A stretch of 64,000 nucleotides of DNA from an uncultured Planctomycetota bacterium (GTDB lineage: Bacteria > Planctomycetota > Planctomycetia > Gemmatales > Gemmataceae). Numbering within the stretch: position 1 is the stretch's first letter; every line of letters starts with the position of its first letter. The translations under genes and the position numbers were made by a program. Below the pieces are notes generated by a model. The model was not told where the DNA came from and ran no database searches. It saw nothing but the letters and a program-made list of their open reading frames with translations. The stretch covers positions 160,001-224,000 of the forward strand of contig CAWKHF010000007.1 of the NCBI GenBank assembly GCA_963849325.1, in the 5' to 3' direction. This document shows, one piece after another, positions 30,091 to 41,689 of this stretch.

Positions 30091-30466
30091 GATTCATCGA
30101 CGTTCGGGCAAACTCTCGTATTTGGTCTATCCTGAGTTCGAGAACGACCCCCATCCGGCGCTGCTGCGGTCTGTCCGCGTGAACCTGCGGACCCGGCAGA
30201 TCGCCTGCTACGACTACGCGCAGAACGCCAATCCGCCTGTCCTGCACCGCAAGGAGTCGTTCCTCGGCCCGGATCATCTGCTCCGTGAAAAGTTCGCCCG
30301 GCTGACCGCGCAGGAAGAGAAGTCCGGCTTGCTGGACGATCCGAGCGGGATAGGCACAAGGGAGGGCTGGTCGAGGAGGCTGGCTGAACGTGGCTTCGCG
30401 CTAAAGGGGCACCGGCTTGTGAGAAGCAACGCTCCGCGTAATGGCCCCCGTGCGCTGCAAACCTAA
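30091..30466 (+). pseudogene. C-terminal fragment of a DNA phosphorothioation-associated putative methyltransferase
   Basis: IHRRSGKLSYLVYPEFENDPHPALLRS...NPPVLHRKESFL...GIGTREGW...GHRLV; begins exactly at the IS end. Confidence 0.65.
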
Positions 30467-30496
30467 ACGGATTCACAGATTTTCAGATTTACAGAT

Positions 30497-31230
30497 TTAC
30501 GGCAGGCTTGGTTCCTGGTCCTTGCCTTGCCGCTCCATCGCAATGCGTTCCTGGAACGTCATCCGCGGCTTCATGTCTGATTTTTCCGCCGATGCCGGCG
30601 ACAGTGCTGCCCCTGTCCCTGATGCGGCCTCGGACTCAATTGGTTGGGCTGAGGCGGGAAGCGCCTCTGTCTTGCGGCGGATGCGCGCCGTGATGGGTTC
30701 CTCGGCGGTGGAGTGCTTCTGCCGGATGCGCTGCGGCGTGGCCTCGATGGTGTGGGCGGCCTTGAGCGCCTTGATCTTCTCGGCCAGTTCGGAAACGCTC
30801 GGCCCCTCCTCTTTGTCTGACTGATATGCCGCACCGGAAAGGCCAGCCCTGAGCTGGTCGCGCAAGGCGGTCAGTTCGGAGAGGTAGGCATCAAGAGTGA
30901 AGGGCTTGCCGAGTTGTGCCTGGTAGTCGCGCAGCTGGGACTCGGCAATGCCGATGTCTTGCCGCACACGGAGGCATTCGGGGCCGTAGCCTCCGGCCAG
31001 GCGTTCCAGGGCGTTCAGGACAGCGCGTGGCCCCTGGTGTTCGCGTGAGAGGCCGGACTGACGGGTCATCGCGCCTTCCAGGTACACGTCGGGCGGGAAT
31101 TGCGGATGCAGGATAAGGCCAAAACGCAGGCTCCGGTAGATGCCGAGCGGCACGCGGGTCGTCTCCTGGGCGTTCCGGGGCAAGGTATCGAGCCGGCTGG
31201 CCAGGATGGCGGGCGCAATCGCGTAAGCCG
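30497..31230 (-). pseudogene. C-terminal fragment of a large DNA methylase/SNF2 helicase (ICE or plasmid type)
   Basis: LGIYRSLRFGL...RAVLNALERLA...ESQLRDYQAQLGKPFTLDAYLSELTALRDQL resembles tails of mobile-element methylase-helicases; no upstream domains. Confidence 0.5.
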
Positions 31231-31577
31231 AGCAGGGCGACCAGGCGTTTGCCGGTCATCGTGCCGTTTGCCTTCAGCAGAGTCCCGCCGTAGGTGCTCG
31301 AAGTGCAAGGACGGCCAGGGCCAGGCCGTCGAGCCCGTCATGGTGGCGATCGCGCGGATCGCGCAGCTCAAGAAGGCACTCCAGCTGTCTCTGGTCGTGC
31401 GGGCCGAGGAGCCGGAGCCCAGCGACGGGCAGCAGAAGGCGAAGTCGGGGGCCAACGGGCACAAGCCGCACAACCGGCTCAACGGCATGACCGCCGCCAC
31501 GGCAAAGTAATCGAGGAAGTCCCTTGGGGGCGGGGCTGGCGCTCCCCGCCTCCAGGATTGAGAGTCCGGCCGGAAGA

Positions 31578-32326
31578 TTACGACTGCACCCCACAGCGCC
31601 AGCGGACCAGGAACTCGCTCACCGCCCGCCGGTCGCGCTCCTCGGGCAAGCTCGACTCCTCGTACGCCCTGTCCAGCAGACCCTCCAACTCCCGCACCTG
31701 GGCGTCGTGAAAAGCCCAGTCCAGGTCCGGCGCAGACCCTTTCTCCTCTCGCTTCTGCGCGATCAGCTCGCCCAGGAATGGCCGCTGGTACTCCTGGGCC
31801 AGCCGGGGCAGGTTCGCCTCCACCTCGCCGGTGCGCAGCAAGTGGATGCCGGTCAGCAGCACGCGGTAGGCGTACAGCACCGTCTTGGTGATCTTCGGCT
31901 CCTGCTTGTCGAGCAGCTTGCGCTGCGTGGCGATGAAGCCTCGATAGTGATGGAAGTGGTGCCGGGTGACGCATCGCCGCGCCAGGGGCCGCAGCGCGTC
32001 CAGGAAGCCCTGGCCGGTCACAACCAGCGGCGAGAAGATCTGCTCCAGGACGTAGCCGTTGTTCTTCACCAGCAGGCGCAGGTACTTGCCCAGGTCGTGG
32101 CTGACCAGCTCGACCTCCACCCCGGCCAGGTCCAGCTTCCGCTCTACTGTCTGGTCAGGAAGATCCAGACCAACGACATCCCGTAGCGGTAACAGGTGCG
32201 CCCGCGCAAATCCACGTCGCTGTCGGGTGACGGGAAGCCGTAGAGGTGAGCGCCGCTGACGGTCACGAACAACGGTCGATACTGCTGCCCCTCGACAAGC
32301 TGTCGCAACGCCACCATGTCAAGCAT
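31578..32326 (-). CDS. Pol-beta superfamily nucleotidyltransferase, PF10127/YcgL/RlaP-like (frameshift near 32195)
   Basis: VSGAHLYGFPSPDSDVDLRG; HDLGKYLRLLVKNNGYVLEQIFSP; LYAYRVLLTGIHLL. Confidence 0.85.
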
Positions 32327-33259
32327 CAACCATCCTCCTCCGCGCCCCGATCAGGAACTCGTCCACCCGTCGATAGTCGGGCTGCTCGGGCAGCATCGTC
32401 CCTCGATACGCCTCCTGGAACTGGCGGTCCAACTCCAACGCCCGATCCCTCGCCTGCTCGAACGATAGCCCCCCAGCCTTGATGGCCAGCAACTCGTCGC
32501 GGTGTTCGCCGACGTCGATGCGGATCATGCCCGAGCGCAGGGCCTCGATGCCCGAGTACAGCAGGCGGATCAGGTGCATCGCGTGCTTCGCCTTGTACTT
32601 GCCGGTCTTCGCATAGGCGTTGGCCATGCGCCGGAACTGGCTGAGGACATAGCCGGAGTACGTCTTGTACAGGTAGCGTGTCAGGAAGACCTCGCGCATC
32701 TCACGCAACCGCTGGGCCACCTCGTCGGCGTGCAACACCAGCGGCGTCCACAGCGTCTCCAGCACGTTCGGGTTCGCCTTGAGCGCCAGCTTCAAGAACT
32801 TCTCCAGATCCCAGTAGACCTCGTCCCTGCCCTCGGCGTTGAACTCCAGCTGCTCGGGCAGTTTGAACAGCGACCAGTGCAGCCGGGCCGGCGGTAGGTA
32901 GACGCCTCGCATGTCGTCGTCGGAATCCTCACCGGCCAGGCCGAAGGCGTGCGAGCCGACCCGGCAGCGGTAGACGACCCAGGGCGCAAGTCTTCATCTG
33001 TCAGGGCGAGCTGATCCTCGACCTCCTTGCGGCGGATGGCCAGCTCGCGGAAGCGCGCCTTGACCGTCTGGCCGTCGGCGAAGCGCAGCGTGTAGGCGTG
33101 CGCGTTGTCGGCCGGGCTTTCGGCGACGACGGCCACGCTGCCCCGCTGCCGCACCGTGCCGTCCGGCAGCGGCTTGTCCACCTTGAGAACGACTTGCGTG
33201 CCGGTCGAGATGATGAACGTCGGCAGCAGGTGCCGGAACGAGTGCTCTTCCAGGGCCAT
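32319..33259 (-). CDS. Second PF10127/RlaP-like nucleotidyltransferase with extra N-terminal beta domain (frameshift near 32980)
   Basis: VGSHAFGLAGEDSDDDMRGVY; KFLKLALKANPNVLETLW; KHAMHLIRLL; LPEQPDY. Confidence 0.85.
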
Positions 33260-33593
33260 CAGGGTGTCCTCCGCGAGGGTGGTGATCCCTTCCATCCTTG
33301 CAGGAGAGGGACGACGACGACAACACCTTGGTTCACGGATCGGCGGGCATACGGGATGTTAGGCCGTGGCGTGAGACAGGGAACGGATTATCATAACCGG
33401 AAGATTCTCCAGGGAGGTCGCCGATGACGAAGAGACGAGGGCTCGGCTGGCTGCTGGTCGTGGCCGCCCTCCTCAGCCCGTTCGCCCTCTGGGCGCTGGG
33501 AGTCCGAGGCGTCGAGGTCATGGCCTGGCCTCCGGCGTGCAAGGCGCGTCCACCGTGGGCCGGGTTCGTGTCACTCACCTTTACGGCTGGAGG

Positions 33594-34058
33594 GACGACC
33601 CTTTCGAGCTGAGCCGCTTCGTCCGCGCGCAGCAGGATGACTTCGAGCGCGCCCTCGCGGAAATCCAGAGTGGCAAGAAACACACCCACTGGATGTGGTA
33701 TATCTTCCCGCAGCTCGACGGGCTGGCTTTCAGCGCCACCTCGAAATTCTACGCGATCAAGAGCCTCGACGAGGCCAGGGCGTACCTGGAACACCCCGTC
33801 CTCGGACCCCGACTATACCAGTGTGCCGAGGCGGCCCTCGGCGTCGAGGGCCGATCCGCGACGGAGATTTTCGGCTCCCCCGACGACTGGAAGCTCCGGT
33901 CGTGTGTGACCCTGTTTGCCTGCGCTTCGCCACCCGACTCCGTATTCCACCGCCTGCTCGCCAAATACTACGGCGGCCAGCGGGACGGCAAAACGCTCCG
34001 GCTGCTGGGTCTGGACCCGGAAGCCGGGCAGATCCTCGGCCGGGCTCGGGACGAGTAA
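33594..34058 (+). CDS. DUF1810 family protein (native start apparently lost)
   Basis: DDPFELSRFVRAQ...HWMWYIFPQ...EARAYLEHPVLGPRL...IFGSPDDWKLRSCVTLF; no ATG just upstream. Confidence 0.8.
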   Translation, partial: DDPFELSRFVRAQQDDFERALAEIQSGKKHTHWMWYIFPQLDGLAFSATSKFYAIKSLDEARAYLEHPVLGPRLYQCAEAALGVEGRSATEIFGSPDDWKLRSCVTLFACASPPDSVFHRLLAKYYGGQRDGKTLRLLGLDPEAGQILGRARDE

Positions 34059-34258
34059 GGCAGAGGCGGCGGCGGCGTGCCACAGCTCTCAAGATGTCGG
34101 CATCCGTGTCGGCGACGGTTAGGGGACGAGGTTTTCGGCCAGGGATGGCTCCCTCCTCCTCGATCCGAGCAAGGGCCTATCCCCATCGTAGCCGTTACCG
34201 CCAATTTGTTGCATTACTTCTGTCCAGGACCACTAGCGCGATCTACCGCCGTTATTTC

Positions 34259-34274
34259 CTTACAAAATCGTAAT
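34259..34274. promoter_or_regulatory. Cop/Cus-box-like site upstream of RND operon 1
   Basis: CTTACAAAATCGTAAT in an AT-rich intergenic stretch; similar to the boxes at 55317 and 55410. Confidence 0.35.
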
Positions 34275-34642
34275 GTTGTTGCGACAGATTTGAAATCGAC
34301 ATTACGATTCTATCGAGCGATTCCACAAAAACTTGAAGAAAAACGCGAAAAAAAGCATGGGGTGCTAGATTTTCACAGGAAGCACCGTATTCAATTCAGG
34401 CTTCTGGTTTTCTATCTCTCCGTTCAACCTGAGGTGGAGAACCCAGGCCGAGGAAAAATGAGGATTACCGGGCTTTGCCACGCATTAGCAGGAAATGGCA
34501 AGATAGCGAACGTAGGTCGGCATCCATCTTCCCTACCTTGCCATTTTTGACAATGCGTGGCAAAGCCGTTTACCAGATGGGCTCCTCATCATACGGTGAT
34601 TCAGTGCGCGACCTGAAAGGAAACCAGCGAGCGAAAAACTCT

Positions 34643-35761
34643 ATGAAAGTCTCACCGATCCTGGCCATCATCCTGGTGCTGATTTTCCTCTTCCTACCTG
34701 CTTGCCAGATGCACAAGGAGCAGCCTCAGCAGGAGCACCATAAGATCGTGGTCACCAGCCCTCAGGGAAAGTACGTCACCATCACCCAGCAATATGTCTG
34801 CCAGATCCACTCGCAGCGCCACATAAATGTCCGTGCCTTGCAGGACGGGTATCTCGACGAAATCCTGGTCAAAGAAGGCCAGTCGGTGAAAGAGGGCGAT
34901 GTACTGTTCAGAATCTTACCCACTCTTTACAAGGCAGAGTACGACGCAGAGTTGGCCGAGGCCCAGCTCGCGCAACTGGAGTTCAATAACACCAAGAAGT
35001 TGTGCGAGGAAAAAGTGGTCTCCATTCAGGAGGTGATGCTGCACCAGGTCAAACTGAATAAGGCCCTGGCCAAGGCGGAGCTGGCGAAGGCCAAATTGAA
35101 CTTTACCATCGTCAAAGCACGTTTCGACGGCATCGTCGATCGCCTGCACGAGCAGGTGGGCAGCTTGATCAAGGAACGGGACATCCTCACGACCTTGTCC
35201 GATAACAGCATGATGTGGGTTTATTTCAACGTACCCGAGAAGCGCTACCTCGAATACATGGCCGGCCTGGGTCAGGATAAAGAGGATCCGAAAATCGAAC
35301 TCGTGCTGGCCAACGGCAGCAAGTTCCCGAAGACCGGCAAGATCGGTGCGATCGAGGCCAAGTTCAACAACGAGACCGGGAACATCCCCTTCCGCGCGGA
35401 TTTTGAGAACCCGTTCCTTGCTGGGAGCATCAAGGAGGATCGCCTGCTGCGTCACGGTCAGACCGGCAACGTGTTGATCCACCGGACATTGAATAACGCC
35501 ATCGTCATCCCTCAGCGGGCGGTTTTCGAAACTCTCGAGAAGCGGTACGTTTATGTCGTCGGCCAAGATGACGTGGTGCATCAGCGCGAGATCGCCATCC
35601 AGAACGAACTGGAGGACATCTTCGTCATCAAGAAGGGACTTGATGTGAACGAACGGATCGTTCTCGAGGGGGTCCGGCAGGTTCGCGACAGCGAGAAGGT
35701 GGAATACGAGTTTCGTCCCCCGGAAGAGGCGATGGCAAACCAAAAGAACCATGCGGAATAG
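34643..35761 (+). CDS. RND efflux periplasmic adaptor (lipoprotein)
   Basis: Lipobox LPAC; GYLDEILVKEGQSVKEGDVLF; IVKARFDGIV; IVIPQRAV. Confidence 0.9.
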   Translation: MKVSPILAIILVLIFLFLPACQMHKEQPQQEHHKIVVTSPQGKYVTITQQYVCQIHSQRHINVRALQDGYLDEILVKEGQSVKEGDVLFRILPTLYKAEYDAELAEAQLAQLEFNNTKKLCEEKVVSIQEVMLHQVKLNKALAKAELAKAKLNFTIVKARFDGIVDRLHEQVGSLIKERDILTTLSDNSMMWVYFNVPEKRYLEYMAGLGQDKEDPKIELVLANGSKFPKTGKIGAIEAKFNNETGNIPFRADFENPFLAGSIKEDRLLRHGQTGNVLIHRTLNNAIVIPQRAVFETLEKRYVYVVGQDDVVHQREIAIQNELEDIFVIKKGLDVNERIVLEGVRQVRDSEKVEYEFRPPEEAMANQKNHAE

Positions 35762-35806
35762 CAACCGCTCCCCGGTACGGAAACCCCATAGGATCATCTC
35801 CAAACC

Positions 35807-38800
35807 ATGTTCTCAAACATCCTCTATCGACCGGCATTGGCGATCGTTATCTCGATTATCCTCTTGTTCCTGGGAGGGTTGGCAATCAACACCCTGCCGG
35901 AATCTCAGTTTCCCTCCATCGCGCCGCCGACCGTGCAGGTCTTCATTGCTTATCCGGGCGCCAGTGCCAATGTTTTGGTGGACTCGACTCTGATTATTTT
36001 GGAGCGAGCCATCAACGGCGTACAGGACATGCGTTACATGGCCTCCGCGGCCACCAGTGCCGGCGAGGCAACGATCATGATCTACTTCGAGCCAGGCACG
36101 GACCCGAACATAGCGGTCGTGAACGTGCAAAACCGGATCGCCATCGTGAAGAACCTGCTTCCTCCCTTGGTGCAGCTGGAGGGGATCGTCGTTAATCAGG
36201 TCATGCCGAGCATGCTGATGTACGTGAACGTCTACAGTACGGATCCAAACGTCGATCAGAAGTTCCTTTACAACTACACCACCGTCAACGTCCTGCAGGT
36301 GATCCGGCGGGTCCGGGGTATCGGGTAGCGCCACGATTCTCGGCAGCCGCGAGTATGCAATGCGGATCTGGCTGAATCCCGACCGCCTGTGCGCCTATAA
36401 CATGTCTACCGAGGACGTCATGAAGGCGGTGGGGGAACAGAGCATTATTGGTTCGCCCGGACGACTCGGCCAGGCCACGGGCAAGACGTCGCAATCCATC
36501 GAGTACGTCCTGACCTATAAGGGACGCTACAACCAGCCGGAGGAGTATGAAAACATTATTCTGAAGGAAAATCCCGAGGGTGAGATCCTGCGGCTCAAGG
36601 ACGTCGCCCGGGTCGAGCTGGGCCCTCGGTTCTTCGACATTTACTCGGACATCGATGGCCAGCCCTCTGCTGCCATCGTTATCAAGCAAACCCCCGGCTC
36701 CAACGCCAAATCCGTCATTGAAGAGGTCAAGAAGCAGCTCGAGGAGATCAAGAAGGAGTCGTTCCCTCCCGGCATGGACTATGAGGTCACCTACGACGTT
36801 TCCAAATTCCTGGACGCCTCCATCGAAAAGGTGCTCCACACGCTGTTGGAGGCCTTCGTGTTGGTGTCTCTGGTGGTCTACCTGTTCCTCGGGGATTTGC
36901 GTTCCACGCTGATCCCAACCCTGGCGGTCCCGGTATCCCTGATCGGAACCTTCTTTTTCCTGCAGTTGTTCGGTCTCTCAATCAACCTGATCACGCTCTT
37001 TGCAATGGTACTGGCGATTGGGGTCGTGGTGGACGACGCGATTGTGGTGGTCGAAGCGGTGCATGCCAAGATGCACGAGAAGCACCTTTCGCCCTATCGG
37101 GCGACCCGGGAGGTTATTCAGGAGATCAGCGGCGCGATCATCGCCATCACCCTGGTGATGACAGCTGTCTTCGTTCCGGTGACTTTCATGACCGGGCCGG
37201 TCGGCGCCTTCTACCGTCAGTTCGGCATCACCATGGCCACGTCCATCGTTCTCTCCGGCGTGGTGGCCCTGACGCTCACGCCGGTTCTCTGTGCGATGAT
37301 TCTCAAGCCCCACACGAACCAAGTGAAAAGGCGCGGGCCGCTGGGCCTATTGCTGCATCTTTTTGACCGTGGCGTCGAGAAGGTCACGGGCGGTTATGCC
37401 GTGATCCTGCGCCGGATCGTAACGCTTCGCGCGCCGACCTTGCTCGTCATCCTGGCCTTTGGCGCCGGCATTTTCTATGTGAACACGCTGCTTCCGTCTG
37501 GCTTTATCCCGGGCGAGGATCAGGGCATTATCTATGGGATCATCCAGACGCCTCCAGGCTCGACGCTCGAGTACACGAACGCCAAGTCCCACGAGCTGCA
37601 GGCCTTCGCCAAAGAGATCGACGGAGTCACCTCGGTCTCCTCGTTGGCCGGTTACGAGGTCCTGACCGAGGGCCGAGGCTCCAACGCGGGAACCTGTCTC
37701 ATCAATTTGAAGGACTGGTCCGACCGCAAGCTGACCGCGCGCAGATCATCGAGGAGCTTGAGGAAAAATGCCGTAACATATCCAATGCGAAGATCGAGTT
37801 CTTTGAGCCGCCCGCGGTTCCGGGTTTTGGCGCGGCTGGGGGGTTCTCCCTACGTTTGCTCGACAAGAACGACACGACCGACTACAACCGGCTCGGAGAA
37901 GTGACCGGCAAGTTCATGGACGCCTTGTCCAAACGCAAGGAGCTGAATAACCTGTTCACCTTCTTTGCCAGCAACTACCCGCAGTATGAACTGGTCATCA
38001 ACAACGACGCGGTCATGCAGAAGGGTTTGTCGATCAAAAAGGCGATGGACAATCTCAACATCCTCATCGGTAGCACCTACGAGCAAGGCTTCATTCGCTT
38101 CGGCCAGTTCTACAAGGTCTATGTCCAGGCCTCGCCGGAGTTCCGGCGGTTCCCCGAGGATTTGGACAATCTGTTCGTCAAAAACGATCACGGGGACATG
38201 GTCCCCTACTCCGCGTTCATGACGATCAAGAAGCAGCAGGGCTTGAACGAGATCAACCGCTATAACCTGTATCCCTCCGCCGCCATTCAAGGTGCCCCGG
38301 CTTCCGGCTACAGCAGCGGTGAGGCCATCAAGGCGATCCAAGAGGTCGCCGCCGAGACGCTGCCGCACGGTTACGGCCTCGGCTGGGAAGGTCTCTCTTA
38401 TGACGAGGCGCGAAAGGGGAACCTGGCTCTTTACATCTTCATCATCGTCGTCGTCTTCGTCTATCTGGTACTGGTTGGGCAATACGAGAGTTTTATGCTG
38501 CCGCTGGCCGTGATCCTGTCGCTGCCGATTGGGATCTTCGGTTCCTTCCTGTTCCTGCAGGCAATGGGGTTGTCCAACGACGTTTACGCCCAGATTGGCC
38601 TGGTCATGCTGGTCGGTTTGCTCGGTAAGAACGCGATCTTGATCGTCGAATTCGCGGTACAACGGCGCCGGGAGGGCGTGCCCCTCCAGCAGGCAGCCAT
38701 CGAAGGAGGAAAATTGCGCTTCCGGCCCATTCAGATGACCTCCTTCGCCTTCATCGCGGGTCTGATTCCGTTGGTCCGTGCCACCGGCGCCGGGGCGATC

Positions 38801-38998
38801 GGAAACCGCACCATTGGCACGACCGCGGTCGGCGGGATGCTCGTGGGCACCTTGATAGGAGTCTTGGTAATTCCCGGCCTTTATTACTTGTTCGGCAGGA
38901 TTGCCGACGGGCGAAAGCTCCTCCGGGACGAGGTGGATAAACCTCTCAGTGAGACTCTCGAACACACAAATCATACCGGCGTCGCTCGAGCCGATTAG
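35807..38998 (+). CDS. RND efflux permease, HAE1/AcrB-like (frameshifts near 36325 and 37740)
   Basis: QFPSIAPPTV; MRIWLNPDRL; LAIGVVVDDAIVVVE; GLLGKNAILIVEFA; RFRPIQMTSFAFIAG. Confidence 0.92.
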
Positions 38999-39129
38999 GT
39001 CTCGGCGGGAGGGCAAGGTCTAGCTCGGTGCTTTGCACCAGGACAGCGTTGCGCCGCCCGAACGGTCATTTGGTCTTGCTCAGTCGTGCCCAGTTGCTAT
39101 CCTCACGCTCATTCCAGGGGGATGGAGAG

Positions 39130-39521
39130 ATGGCCTTTCGGGCAATCCGTGTTGCTTTGCTGCTCTCGAGCCTGCCCATCGCAGGATGCGGGACCGTTGC
39201 AAACCTGGCCAAGTTGACTCCCGAGCAGGGTGGGAAGATCCCTTTTGGCGGGGTGAGACAAGATGTGTGCTGTATTAAGAAGGCGGAAAATGGAGAATTG
39301 GTGCTCCCAAGTCGGAGTCGGAGCAACATCCCCAGGTGGCGCGAATGCTATTCTACGCCGCAGACCTGCCGTTCAGTCTTATCGGTGATGTCGTGACGTG
39401 GCCTTATACGGCGACGTATACCTACATTAATCAGCCAATCCCTACCCCACCTGTCACACTGGCCCCTACCTATCCTGTGATACAGGCAACGGCCGACGAT
39501 CGGCCTCAGACCTCTCCGTAA
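39130..39521 (+). CDS. YceK/YidQ-like lipoprotein (frameshifted)
   Basis: Lipobox IAGC; CGTVANL...PFGGVRQD; ADLPFSLIGDVVTWPYT. Confidence 0.65.
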
Positions 39522-39816
39522 GTGCTTGCGAAAGCCGTTCCACTCCTATCCGACACTCACCCCCTATCGGCACCGCCTGCACTGGCTGGAGTTCCGGTAA
39601 CTGACTGGAGTTCCGGTAAATGTTGGAACGCTTGTCGCGGAGTCAAGGTCGGTCTCGGCGATAATCAGGGAAGATCCGCACCTGGAAGAATTGCTGTTGC
39701 GGGGGAAGACCCCGGACGCTATCAATGCCGACAAACAGGATCGCCACACACTGTTCCGACGTATTACTCGTTCGGCAGGATTGCCGACAGGCGCAAACTC
39801 CCCAAGGACGAGGCCG

Positions 39817-41589
39817 ATGAACCTCTCCGTGAGATTCTCGAACACAAAGCAAGTGCAGCACGTGGTTGCGAGAGCGGTCGTTTGCAGCATGCTGTTGCTG
39901 GTTCTGCCGTCCTGTGGAATCCCCGACCTCCGTCAGGCGCAGCCGGGACCAATCCTGTCGGCAAATTACACGGCAGGCTACAAGGGAGCCGCCAGCCTGG
40001 AAAACTCCTCTCAGGTCCCGATCGAAGATTTTTTCAATGATCCGATGCTTACGCGCTTGATCTGCCAGGCACTGGCCGGCAACATGGACCTGAAGATGAT
40101 GTATGAGGACGTCCAGATCGCTCGCAACGAGGTCCTGGGGCGGTCAGGGGCATACCTTCCCTCCATCAGTCTCGGGGCCGTCGCGGGGCTGGAAAAATTC
40201 AGCCAATTCACGCCTTTGGGGGCCGCCGAGAAAGACCTCCAATATCTCCCCGGCAAGAACTTTCCCGAACCGTCGGGAATTTTCCTGTTGACCGCCAACG
40301 TCTCCTGGCAGGTGGACATCTGGAGGCAGCTGCATAATGCCAAGGACGCGGCCGTGCTGCGCTTCCTCGCCACCAATGAGGGGCGGAACTACTCCATGAC
40401 TCGTCTGGTCGCGGAGATTGCCGAGAATTATTACATGCTGATGGCGCTCGACAAACGGCTGGAGAATCTGGATAACATCATCAAGCTTCAGGAGGAAAGC
40501 CTGAAGATGGCCGAGGCCAAGATGAAATTCGCCCGCGGCACCGCGCTGGGTGTCCAGCGTTTCCTGGCCGAGGTCCGCCGGAACCAGAGCCAAAAGCTGA
40601 TCGTTAAGCAGGACATCATCGAGGTCGAGAACCGTATCAACTTCCTCGTCGGTCGCTACCCGCAGCCTGTCGAACGCATGTCGGGGAATTTCATTGATCT
40701 GAACTTACACGCACTGAGCGTGGGAGTGCCCGCGCAGCTGCTTCAGAACCGACCCGACATCCGCCAAGCCGAGCGCGAGCTGGCGGCTGCCGGGCTCGAC
40801 GTGAAGGTCGCCCGGGCCCAGTTCTTTCCCCGGCTGGACATCGCCGGTCCCGAAGGCCCAACGGGGCCGGCTGGCCCCGTTGGCTTCCAGGCCTTCAACC
40901 CCAAATATCTGTTCTGGACTCCGGAATCCTTGATTGCCAATGTCGCTGGTAACCTGATCACGCCGTTGATCAACAAGAGAGCGATCAAGGCCGACTACAA
41001 ATCCGCGAACGCCAGGCAATTGCAGAGCGTCTACAACTACCAGCGCGTAATCCTCAACGCCTTCACCGAGGTTGTCAACCGCGTGTCCAAGGTGCAGAAC
41101 TACAGCAAGAGCATCGAGATCAAGAAGCAGCAGGTGCAATCGCTCGAGACCTCCGTCGATATCTCCAGCAAAATTTTCAAGCTGCCTACGGCGGCGGTTC
41201 CATCCGATTACATGAACGTGCTATTCACCCAGCGTGACCTCATGGATGCGAGAATGATCTTGATCGAAACCAAACAGCAGCAGCTGTCCGCCATCGTAAA
41301 CGTCTATCAAGCCCTCGGCGGCGGTTTGTTGGGGTGCAGTCGCGCTGATCCAAGACTCCCTCAACCCGGTCCCAGCCTCGACCAATCCCAGCAAGGAGGA
41401 AGCGATCCGTCCGGGACGGAACAACTCCCTGCCCCCCGCAAACAGCCTGAGCAGCCCCTGCCCCCCGGCAAACAGCCTGAGCAGCTCTCCAGCCCTAGCC
41501 CCGCCCAGCCCGGTCGGCTCCCCGAACCCCAGCAAGCTCCCGACGTAACTCCCTCCTCCGGACGCGACGCTGGAGTAGAAAAGCGGTGA
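39817..41589 (+). CDS. TolC/NodT-family outer membrane efflux lipoprotein
   Basis: Lipobox LPSC; FFNDPMLTRLI; SWQVDIWRQL; GVPAQLLQNRPDIRQAERELAAA; VYQALGGG; Pro/Gln tail with a KQPEQ repeat (41427-41485). Confidence 0.9.
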   Translation: MNLSVRFSNTKQVQHVVARAVVCSMLLLVLPSCGIPDLRQAQPGPILSANYTAGYKGAASLENSSQVPIEDFFNDPMLTRLICQALAGNMDLKMMYEDVQIARNEVLGRSGAYLPSISLGAVAGLEKFSQFTPLGAAEKDLQYLPGKNFPEPSGIFLLTANVSWQVDIWRQLHNAKDAAVLRFLATNEGRNYSMTRLVAEIAENYYMLMALDKRLENLDNIIKLQEESLKMAEAKMKFARGTALGVQRFLAEVRRNQSQKLIVKQDIIEVENRINFLVGRYPQPVERMSGNFIDLNLHALSVGVPAQLLQNRPDIRQAERELAAAGLDVKVARAQFFPRLDIAGPEGPTGPAGPVGFQAFNPKYLFWTPESLIANVAGNLITPLINKRAIKADYKSANARQLQSVYNYQRVILNAFTEVVNRVSKVQNYSKSIEIKKQQVQSLETSVDISSKIFKLPTAAVPSDYMNVLFTQRDLMDARMILIETKQQQLSAIVNVYQALGGGLLGCSRADPRLPQPGPSLDQSQQGGSDPSGTEQLPAPRKQPEQPLPPGKQPEQLSSPSPAQPGRLPEPQQAPDVTPSSGRDAGVEKR

Positions 41590-41689
41590 TCGTGATGGGG
41601 CCTTGCTATGCAATTGAAGACCGCAAGAAAACGCCGTGCAATGCAATAGAACGTGGCAGCTTGCAAGGAAACGGGGGCCGGGAGACGAG

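Noticed and set aside
31275-31510. Short plus-strand segment ending ...NRLNGMTAATAK*
   Set aside because: Probably another gene tail, but it has no start and no recognisable family, so it was not annotated.
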